From IMG/VR virus record IMGVR_UViG_3300033487_000001: DNA of 64,000 nt; one strand, given 5' to 3'. Under the pieces are notes generated by a model that saw nothing but the letters and a program-made list of their open reading frames with translations, was not told the DNA's origin and made no database searches. Origin of the DNA: an uncultured virus (IMG/VR IMGVR_UViG_3300033487_000001) (lineage: Duplodnaviria > Heunggongvirae > Uroviricota > Caudoviricetes). This document shows, piece after piece, positions 33,305 through 41,465 of this stretch (position 1 is the first letter of the stretch; the number at the start of each line of letters is the position of its first letter). The position numbers and the translations under genes were made by a program.

Positions 33305-33952
33305 ATGTCAGTCGTGAATACGTTTATCGGCAACCCGCAGCCGATGATCAACGGAGGCCCGCCTGCTCCACCGGCGGTGACGGTCGCCGGGGCATCGCCC
33401 ATCTCCGTGGCGGGAGGACCGGCATACACGGTCTCGTTCTCAATCGCTGGACAGGCTCGCGGCGACGTTGTGTTCTACAACGGCGTGGCGTGGGTTCGTC
33501 TGCCTGCCGGGGTCACGGGGCAGCTGCTGGCCACGCAGGGAGTGGGAGCTGACCCGGTTTGGCGAAACCCAACTCCAAGCATGCTGGTGTGGGGCAACGG
33601 CAGCGTTGCCGCCACCACCACCGCTCGATACATGACTCCTGGATACGACTCCTCGTCGGCGCCCACAACTCTGTACCAGATGCGCATGGCGGTGGGCGGC
33701 ACCCTGCGAAATATGCGAGTGCACCACAACAATCCAAACGGAAACGGCAACAACATCGTCTATACTTTCCGTAAAGGCGGAGTGGTTCAGACGCTGGCTG
33801 TTACGATAGCCAGTACCGCCGCAGACGGCTCTGATCTTGTGAACTCTTTCTCGGTGGTAGCCGGAGATCTGCTGGACATTCAGGTAACCAAGGCGCTGGC
33901 GATTGGCACGTCACCTGCCGATATCTCCATCACCGCGGAGTTTGCTCCGTAG
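33305..33952 (+). CDS. Spike/fibre-associated structural protein
   Basis: GDxxxxxGxxWxRLxxGxxGQxL fibre motif; beta-rich C-domain ending VVAGDLL. Confidence 0.7.
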   Translation: MSVVNTFIGNPQPMINGGPPAPPAVTVAGASPISVAGGPAYTVSFSIAGQARGDVVFYNGVAWVRLPAGVTGQLLATQGVGADPVWRNPTPSMLVWGNGSVAATTTARYMTPGYDSSSAPTTLYQMRMAVGGTLRNMRVHHNNPNGNGNNIVYTFRKGGVVQTLAVTIASTAADGSDLVNSFSVVAGDLLDIQVTKALAIGTSPADISITAEFAP

Positions 33953-34029
33953 CGTCGATCAAACGATCCTGCCGCGACAACTCGGTACTACGCCCAGCGT
34001 CACTAACTAAGTAAGAGCAGGCGATACAC

Positions 34030-35115
34030 ATGCCGGTATACCGATACTACAGGTCTCCGCTCTCAAACCCCGCAATATCCGAATACGTTCCCGGAGCAAT
34101 CGTAGTAGGCAGCAATAGCGCGGTATCGTACCAAGACGTCACTGCCGACGCGGGTTTTAAGGCGGATCTGGACGAGTACATGACGTCCATCGGCTGGACG
34201 TACCTATCGACAGCGCCCGCCATCTCCACGGCGGTACAGGTCGCGCAGGACGGTCTACTGCTGGCGAACGCCGTGCCGCTGCAGGGGCTAGATACGCCGG
34301 GCAGCGTCGCGCGAGATCTCGTCAAGATAGATGCCCTGAACGACATCGTGCTCGGCGACGGTACGTACCGGGCAAGGGTATTCGGCAACGTCGTGTCGGT
34401 GCAGACGCCGGACGCCGCGCTCACTGCGACGGCCGCGCGCGTGATCATCGAGCCGGGATACGGCGGTGACTCTGACGACGTGAGCCCAGGCGGCGCCAGC
34501 GGGAAGTTCGAGGTCGTCGTCGGACAAGGGGGGCTCGCGGGCGTCGGACAACCGGCTGGCGCAGGCGGCCTCGTACACCTCGAAGCCGGCCTGGGCGGAG
34601 ACGGCAGCGCAACCGGAGCCGCTGGCGCTGGCGGAGACATAGAGTTGGTCGCCGGAGCCGCCGGCGCGGACAACGGCGGCGGCGGTGCGCTCGGCGGGAA
34701 CGTAACGATCGACGCCGGACAGGACTCTGCCGGCGCGACGGGCGGAACCGTTAACATCGGTACCGGCAACGCGTCGCTGTTGGGACTGGGTCGCGCGGCA
34801 TCGGTCACTTCGTTCGGCGGCGGCGCGAAGGTGCAGCGGCGCGAGACCGCCGGCAACCTCACGTGCGACACTGCGGGCATCTTCGATTACATCATCTGCG
34901 TGACCAACACCGCCGCGCCGCGCACGATCACGCTGCCGGCCGCGAGCGCAGACCGCGTAATCGTGGTGAAAGACCAGAGCGGCGGCGCCGGTGCCAACAA
35001 TATCACCGTCGTGCCGGCTGCCGGCACGATCGACGGCGCGGCAAACTTTGTGATCGCGACGAACTACGGCGCGCAGGGATTCTACTCCGACGGCGTCAAC
35101 TGGTTCACGCTGTAG
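34030..35115 (+). CDS. Gly-rich fibre protein
   Basis: GGxxxLxAGxGG repeats; C-terminal ITLP...VKD...NITV...TIDG...SDGxNW domain. Confidence 0.75.
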   Translation: MPVYRYYRSPLSNPAISEYVPGAIVVGSNSAVSYQDVTADAGFKADLDEYMTSIGWTYLSTAPAISTAVQVAQDGLLLANAVPLQGLDTPGSVARDLVKIDALNDIVLGDGTYRARVFGNVVSVQTPDAALTATAARVIIEPGYGGDSDDVSPGGASGKFEVVVGQGGLAGVGQPAGAGGLVHLEAGLGGDGSATGAAGAGGDIELVAGAAGADNGGGGALGGNVTIDAGQDSAGATGGTVNIGTGNASLLGLGRAASVTSFGGGAKVQRRETAGNLTCDTAGIFDYIICVTNTAAPRTITLPAASADRVIVVKDQSGGAGANNITVVPAAGTIDGAANFVIATNYGAQGFYSDGVNWFTL

Positions 35116-35124
35116 AGGAACGAG

Positions 35125-37317
35125 ATGCACGGAATTCTCGCCTCTCTTTCCCGCGGCTCACCCCCGGTGACGTTCGACTTCACCGCCGGATCGCTGCCGT
35201 CAGGCTTGGCGTTCACGCGTTCCGGGTCTGGCTACACGGTCCGCATCGGGACCAACTCGTGGACCGTCGGCGGGGCGATCGCGTCGAGCGACGTGCCGCG
35301 CTTCGGCCGCTCGCTGGACGCGGATCCGCTAGGTCTTGTGCTGGAAGAGGCGCGGACCCAGCACCTTCTGGCGTCCGACATCTCGCTGGCGCCGTGGGCC
35401 ACCCACTCCGGAACCGTTACGTCGGACGGCGCTGCGCCGATGGGCGGGACCAAGTACACCACGTCGATATCGGCTGCGCAGCTGGGCAGGCTGTACTACG
35501 GAGTTCCCGCGCTGACCAACCTGCAGCGGTACGCGGTATCGATACATGCGCAAGGTGTGGTCGGCGGCGAGAGCAGCCAGCTGGTGCTGGCCAACGCCGG
35601 CCTGAACGCCGGGCGAGCGGTTGGCACCACGCTGACCACCGACTGGACAAGACCGCAGACGTCGCTGATAGCCGGCACGGACACCGGCACCGGTCTCGTC
35701 AACTGCTTCGTGTGCTCGAACTACGGCCCGGCCGGCAACGGCGTCACGAATATTCTCGGCGGTGTCGCGGCGGGCGCTCGCGGCGGACGCGTCGCGGGAG
35801 CGCAGGTCGAGGCTGGAGGTTTCGCGACCGAGCTTATCCCGTCGACGGTCGCTCAGGTTACGCGCAACGGAGAGCACTTGGAGGCGCAGTCCGGCGCTGC
35901 ATGGGCGGGCGCGTTTGCGTACAACGGGACCGTATCGTTTTCTGTCAGCCTGCAGGCCAAAGGCGGTTCGAGCGGATACGCGCAGGATTTTTATCTGTGG
36001 TATCGAGACGCAGCTAACTGGGCGAGATTCAACGGCGACACCGCACAGCTCGCGCTGTGCGTGGCAGGCGTCACGTATACGGCCGGCGGACTGCCCACGT
36101 GGAGCGTGGAGGATACTCTCGAATTCGTGGTTGTCAGCGGCAACGCTGGGGTGCGCGCGACCATGCGTGTCAACGGCGGCGCCGCATACCTGATGACTCT
36201 GGGCGCCCCGGTACGACTCGGGGCGGTGCCGCCGATCACGGCCGCACTAAACCTGCTATGCAACGGCACCGCGAACCAGTTCACGTCGCGCGTCCGCACG
36301 ATCTCCAACCAACTGCCCGCGTGGTCGCTGTTCTCGACATCTCCTGACTGGAGGCGGTCGCTCGACGGCTGGAACGACACCGCCAGATCGCCGATCAGAA
36401 CATCCACGGACAACTACATCACGCCGAACGGGTGGGCCAGCGTCGACGTCACCACCGACGCCGCCAACGCCACGTTCGCTTTTTTCTGCGACGATACGGC
36501 GCCAGGATTCGAGGCCGCGATCGAAGTGCAAGACGTAGCGAGCAACACTTGGGTGCGCGTGCTGGCGACGACAAACAACGCCGTGAATTCCATCGCCGCG
36601 GTGCTGCCCGGGGCCGGCATGCGCCAACTGCGAATCTATCCTGGAACACTGCGTGCTGCGCTGGGTTCTTGGCCCATGCGGGTCGTCTCGCACGACGGCA
36701 CCGTGTGCCTCACCCGCGCGACGGCCGCGGCCACGCCCACTAGGCTGATCATCCTCGGCGACTCGATCCCAGAGCAAATCGGCACCGGTATCGTCGCTCG
36801 CGACAACGCCATCGGCCAGCTTCGCTCGCTCACGTCATCCACGCGGGTTACCTACGTTGGGGCTGGCGGGGACGGATTGGCGGGTCACTACCAGCTGTTT
36901 CCGGAGCTGATGCGCGAGGTCAAAGCCGCCGCCTCCGACGTGGCGGCGGGAGGCCAGGCCATTATCTACATCCAGTGGGGATACAACGACTACAACGGCG
37001 CGTGGCCGTCGTCGGCGGCATACGCAACTCAGCTCACGAACCTGTTCACGCAGCTGCGTACGGCGTGTCCGTCGGCGAAGATCGTGCTTCAAACACTCGG
37101 CACCACGACCAACACGACCGCCGGCAACGGGCTCGGCGACGCCGGATGGCGCACGATGCAGAGCACGCAGTTTGCGGCTTGGGGCGACGGTAACAGCCAA
37201 CTCGTATCGGGCACTTCGGTGTATGCGCTAGCTGATCTGCTGGACGGCGTGCACCTGACCACCGCCGGATCGGCCGTGTACGGCGCCGCTATCAAGGCCG
37301 CGCTAACGCTCGTGTGA
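35125..37317 (+). CDS. Spike/fibre with C-terminal SGNH esterase domain
   Basis: FTRS...PRF...GLxLExxRT and GAQxExGxFAT phage fibre motifs; GDS, GYND, DGVH SGNH blocks. Confidence 0.8.
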   Translation: MHGILASLSRGSPPVTFDFTAGSLPSGLAFTRSGSGYTVRIGTNSWTVGGAIASSDVPRFGRSLDADPLGLVLEEARTQHLLASDISLAPWATHSGTVTSDGAAPMGGTKYTTSISAAQLGRLYYGVPALTNLQRYAVSIHAQGVVGGESSQLVLANAGLNAGRAVGTTLTTDWTRPQTSLIAGTDTGTGLVNCFVCSNYGPAGNGVTNILGGVAAGARGGRVAGAQVEAGGFATELIPSTVAQVTRNGEHLEAQSGAAWAGAFAYNGTVSFSVSLQAKGGSSGYAQDFYLWYRDAANWARFNGDTAQLALCVAGVTYTAGGLPTWSVEDTLEFVVVSGNAGVRATMRVNGGAAYLMTLGAPVRLGAVPPITAALNLLCNGTANQFTSRVRTISNQLPAWSLFSTSPDWRRSLDGWNDTARSPIRTSTDNYITPNGWASVDVTTDAANATFAFFCDDTAPGFEAAIEVQDVASNTWVRVLATTNNAVNSIAAVLPGAGMRQLRIYPGTLRAALGSWPMRVVSHDGTVCLTRATAAATPTRLIILGDSIPEQIGTGIVARDNAIGQLRSLTSSTRVTYVGAGGDGLAGHYQLFPELMREVKAAASDVAAGGQAIIYIQWGYNDYNGAWPSSAAYATQLTNLFTQLRTACPSAKIVLQTLGTTTNTTAGNGLGDAGWRTMQSTQFAAWGDGNSQLVSGTSVYALADLLDGVHLTTAGSAVYGAAIKAALTLV

Positions 37318-37456
37318 CCGCTGCTCGACCGACGCGCCTCCCAGCCAATCCTCATACACAGCAGACTGCGGGCTAGCTCGTCGGTAACGCACGTGTATTG
37401 TTGCCCTCCCTCGGTGACGCTGCCGGAAACGTCGTGTGGTACAATCACGTACCACC

Positions 37457-38719
37457 ATGTCCAACAGCATCCAAGTAGGCCAAGTCCGCTTTGACACGTT
37501 CGCCAACCGGCCGTCGCTGACGACCGTGGCCGCTGGCTTCCTCTTCTACGCCACCGACACCGGCTCGCTCTACCAAGTCGTGCTCGACGGCACGCCGACC
37601 AAGATATGGCTGCAGCTGAGCGGCGCCGGATCCGGCGTCTGGGGCAAGTACGTTGTCAGCAACGCTGCGCCGGACGGGCCGATTGCGCCGTACACGACCA
37701 TTGCCTCGGCCATCGCGGCAGCAATCGCGGATGGCCGCGGACAAGCCAGTCAGGCATCGGTGCTGGTGATGCCCGGCACTTACACCGAAGACCTGACGTT
37801 CGTGCCCGGAGTGCACTTGGTGGGGTTGGGGGCAGGTGGCAGCCAAGACGGCATTCCGATGGTGACGCTGGTGGGCAACCACACGGCGCCTGACATCGAG
37901 GGGGACTTGATCATCGAGGGCATCGACTTCCAAAGCGCGGCCGGAAGCCAGCTGCTGATCGCCGGCCTAAAGCCAGGTCGTATTCAGGTGCGCCGGTGCC
38001 GGTTCCTGTCTACCGGCGCGATTACGCACTGCGTACTGAGTACCAATAGCCAAGTCACATCCGTGCTGCTGATCGAAGACTCCAAACTCACGCCTGACGC
38101 AGCGTCCACTGACGCGATATCTGTCTCGAACTCAATATTGAGACTTACCAGAACCGTGGTCTCGGCGTCGGCGGCCAACAAGGCCTTGGAAGCGCCGGCT
38201 GCGGCCGACACGGTACTCACCGACTGCGACGTGACAGGTTGGATCAACAAGGCGGCTGGTACGCTCAGCCTGAGGCGCGTGCGGATTAACTCGACTCACG
38301 CCGACACGATCGAGGGCGGCGCGACGGTCGACATGGAAGACGTCACGGCCCCGGCCGGAGCCGGCGTATCCATCGCCGCCGGCATCACCGTCGATCCGAG
38401 ACGGGAATGGCACTCTTACACCTTTACCAGGCTGACCGGCGCCGGACCGCACAATCTGACCGCCGAAAACATGTCGGACCTACTCACCGTGGAGACCGCA
38501 TCAACGGTCAACCTGCCAACGCTTGGCTCGGTAATCGGTGGCATGCGCGTGACCTTTCGCAACTGGGCCAATCTTCCCACGGACGTAGCCATTACTCCAT
38601 TCGGCGCAGAAACGATCGACCTGATAGCCGGAGCGTTTCATCTGCTTGCCGGCAAGTCGATCACCCTGCAGGCGCATCCGTCGCTCGCGACCTGGGTAGT
38701 CGTGACCACTATCCCGTAA
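37457..38719 (+). CDS. Fibre protein 1 (beta-helix-like)
   Basis: SIQVG..FD N-terminus, YTTIxSAI, PGTYTE. Confidence 0.75.
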   Translation: MSNSIQVGQVRFDTFANRPSLTTVAAGFLFYATDTGSLYQVVLDGTPTKIWLQLSGAGSGVWGKYVVSNAAPDGPIAPYTTIASAIAAAIADGRGQASQASVLVMPGTYTEDLTFVPGVHLVGLGAGGSQDGIPMVTLVGNHTAPDIEGDLIIEGIDFQSAAGSQLLIAGLKPGRIQVRRCRFLSTGAITHCVLSTNSQVTSVLLIEDSKLTPDAASTDAISVSNSILRLTRTVVSASAANKALEAPAAADTVLTDCDVTGWINKAAGTLSLRRVRINSTHADTIEGGATVDMEDVTAPAGAGVSIAAGITVDPRREWHSYTFTRLTGAGPHNLTAENMSDLLTVETASTVNLPTLGSVIGGMRVTFRNWANLPTDVAITPFGAETIDLIAGAFHLLAGKSITLQAHPSLATWVVVTTIP

Positions 38720-38784
38720 TCTCTGCAAAAAAACAAACGAACATCTTCGCTGCAGCGGACCTATCCAAATAAGGCGCAAGTCAC

Positions 38785-41361
38785 ATGGCAAAAGAATCAA
38801 TCCAAGTCGGCAAGATCATCTTCGACGTCACTGCGGCGCTGCCCAATCCGGCGTACGTGACGGCTGGCTCCTTCTTCTTCGCAACCGACACGCAGGTGCT
38901 GTACATCAACACGCTGACGGCCAACGTCTTGGCGTGGAAGACCGTCAACGAACCCAGCAGCTCGTTTGTCGTGGGGCCTCCGGGGTCGGGGGCGCAGTTC
39001 TCGACGATCCAAGCGGCGATCAATGCCGCCGTCGCAGCGGGTTTCGGCCAAGCGAATCCCGCTACGGTGTACGTGCTGCCGAGCACATACGTCGAAAACC
39101 CGATCATGCACGCCGGCATCTTCGTCACGGGCGCGGGCGCCACGCTGTCTTACAACGATAGCGCCGACCTGCCGTCTGGCGCCGCTGTCGTCAGCGGCAC
39201 CTTCACGAACACCGACGAGACCGGAGACTTCATCCTCTCGAACGTGAAGGTGCTGGCCGCGGCGGGGATCCCATTCGCTTTTGGCGGCGTCGCGTCCTCC
39301 AAGCTGTGGCTGTCGAACTGCGTGCTAAGCGCCGCGGACGGCGTCTCGAACGCGCTCAAGATCACCAACACTCACGCCGCTTCGCGGGTGAGCATCATGA
39401 CCTGCAAGCTGATCAACGCTGCCGCGGGCGCCGCAGCGGTGCTCGTCGGTGCGGGGGCAGGCAACGCGGTGCTGGCGTTCAGCCTCGGCAGCGTGGTGAC
39501 GGGTATCACCGCGGTCGAAAGCCAGCCGGTCGCGTTCCGCACGACGTTCCAGGACACCCAGATCAACGGTATCGTGACGGGCATCGTCGGCAACCTGTTC
39601 GACATCAAGGGGGGCACGCTGAACAGCGCGACCGTCCCCAACCTCGCCGGCGCCGCGACGTACACGATCACCGGCCCGGTCTCTGCGCCGAGCGGCATCG
39701 CGATCGATCCTGCTGCGACGGTCGCCACGACTCCGTCGGTCACCCCGCTCAGCGCTGCATCGCTGGTCGGCGCCGGCCCCCACACGCTGACCACTGCATC
39801 GGCCAACACCACCATGGTCACGCCCGCGGCGGACGCAGAAGTGGTCGTCAATCTTCCGAGCGTGACCACGCTGGCTGACGGCTACCAGTACACGCTCCTG
39901 ACTGGCGGGTCGACCCTGGGCGCGGCTGTGATCGCGATCCTGGCGAACGGCGCGCAGACGATCGGGACCGGCACGTCCCAGGCGTACCGCATGTACGAAG
40001 GCGGCACCGTCACGCTTCGCGCCAACCGTTCTGCCGCACGGTGGGACGTGGTCGCGGAGCACCGACTCCCGCCCGCAAACATCGCGGTGTACGTGGCGAC
40101 GACCGGCAGCGACACCGGCCCCGGCACCGCCGCCAGCCCGTACCTGACGATCGACAAGGCGTGGAAGACGGTCGCGCTGGACGGGGCGCTCGGATATCAG
40201 CACATCAACATCGGCGCCGGCACCTTTACCGAGGCTGCCAACACGGTGCTGCTGGCGGCTCCGCGCGCAGGGGTGAATTCTGAGCCGCCGTGCCTTATTG
40301 GCACCATGGCCGACTCTGGGCTCGGCGCGCTTACGGTCGCCGGCTCCAGCGCCGGCGCCGGCTCTACGTTCGCCACGGTCACCGATACGGTCGGCGGGCT
40401 GGTGGTCAACGCTTGGCAGGGGTACATTCTGCGGTACACGTCAGGTGCGCAGGCGGGCAAGGAGTACGTGATTGACTCGAACACGGCCAACGTGTTCACG
40501 CTGGTCGGTACGCAGGTGGTACCGGTAAACGGCGACACCTATGTTGTCGAGTCTCCGGCTACGGACATTCAGTGCGCCGCTGGTTCGTTGACGTTTAGGG
40601 GCGGCAGCGTCTGCGTTCGACATGTATCGCTGAATGGTGGACTGGCCACTACGCTCAGTGCAGACGAATGCTTGCTCTCTTATAGCGCGAGCTGGTTTTT
40701 GAACCATACGTTTATCTCGCTGACGACCGGCGCAAGCCTTAGCCTCGGTTCCTATTCCAGTCTCAGTATTCCCAAGTCCGTCGGGGCGAGATTCCAGACC
40801 ACCTCTCCGTTCGCCGCCATCCTCATTAGCGGCGGAGTGAAGATGTCACAGTGCTCCCTGAACACAAGCTTTATTAGCGGCTTGTCGGTTCAGGCTTCTA
40901 GCGGCGAAAGAATCAACGCGTTGTCGTGTTCGTTTCGCGGCACCACCGGTCTGCTTCTGCAGAACGGCGCCGCCGCGTCCGTATCCAACTCGGGGTTCGA
41001 GACGGTCTCCGGTATCGCTGGCCAATACAACACGTCGTGCATCCAGTTGGACAACGGATCAAGCGCCGCTATCTCCAACGTGCGAATGAACAACTCTGTT
41101 GCCTTCAGCCTGTCGGTCACCGGAAATTCGGTGTGCACGTGCTCCGGCTTGACCGGAGCCACCAATGCCGGCGTCCCGGTCTCGCTGAGGAACGGCGGCA
41201 AGCTGCTCAAGAGCTCCGCCAACACGATCACCGGGGCAGTGGCCGGCAACGACGTGCAGATCGGCGGGGACGCGGCGTCGAGCGCTTGGGCGGCCGTGAA
41301 CGCGGGGCTGCTCACCGACCTCGCGGCAGCCGCCCCGCAGATTTGCCTGACATCAAACTAG
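38785..41361 (+). CDS. Fibre protein 2 (858 aa)
   Basis: Same N-terminus; YVATTGSD...GTxxxPYxTI motif; beta-helix-like repeats. Confidence 0.8.
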   Translation: MAKESIQVGKIIFDVTAALPNPAYVTAGSFFFATDTQVLYINTLTANVLAWKTVNEPSSSFVVGPPGSGAQFSTIQAAINAAVAAGFGQANPATVYVLPSTYVENPIMHAGIFVTGAGATLSYNDSADLPSGAAVVSGTFTNTDETGDFILSNVKVLAAAGIPFAFGGVASSKLWLSNCVLSAADGVSNALKITNTHAASRVSIMTCKLINAAAGAAAVLVGAGAGNAVLAFSLGSVVTGITAVESQPVAFRTTFQDTQINGIVTGIVGNLFDIKGGTLNSATVPNLAGAATYTITGPVSAPSGIAIDPAATVATTPSVTPLSAASLVGAGPHTLTTASANTTMVTPAADAEVVVNLPSVTTLADGYQYTLLTGGSTLGAAVIAILANGAQTIGTGTSQAYRMYEGGTVTLRANRSAARWDVVAEHRLPPANIAVYVATTGSDTGPGTAASPYLTIDKAWKTVALDGALGYQHINIGAGTFTEAANTVLLAAPRAGVNSEPPCLIGTMADSGLGALTVAGSSAGAGSTFATVTDTVGGLVVNAWQGYILRYTSGAQAGKEYVIDSNTANVFTLVGTQVVPVNGDTYVVESPATDIQCAAGSLTFRGGSVCVRHVSLNGGLATTLSADECLLSYSASWFLNHTFISLTTGASLSLGSYSSLSIPKSVGARFQTTSPFAAILISGGVKMSQCSLNTSFISGLSVQASSGERINALSCSFRGTTGLLLQNGAAASVSNSGFETVSGIAGQYNTSCIQLDNGSSAAISNVRMNNSVAFSLSVTGNSVCTCSGLTGATNAGVPVSLRNGGKLLKSSANTITGAVAGNDVQIGGDAASSAWAAVNAGLLTDLAAAAPQICLTSN

Positions 41362-41369
41362 CATTGACG

Positions 41370-41399
41370 TTATACGGAGGCGCCGGCGCCTCCGTATAA
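41370..41399. repeat. Perfect 30-bp palindrome TTATACGGAGGCGCC/GGCGCCTCCGTATAA
   Basis: Read directly; intergenic between the two long fibre genes. Confidence 0.95.
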
Positions 41400-41465
41400 A
41401 ACACAGCCTCCACGCCGGACCTACGCCGCACACCACCACTCCGCGCCAACTGAGCACCCATCCAC

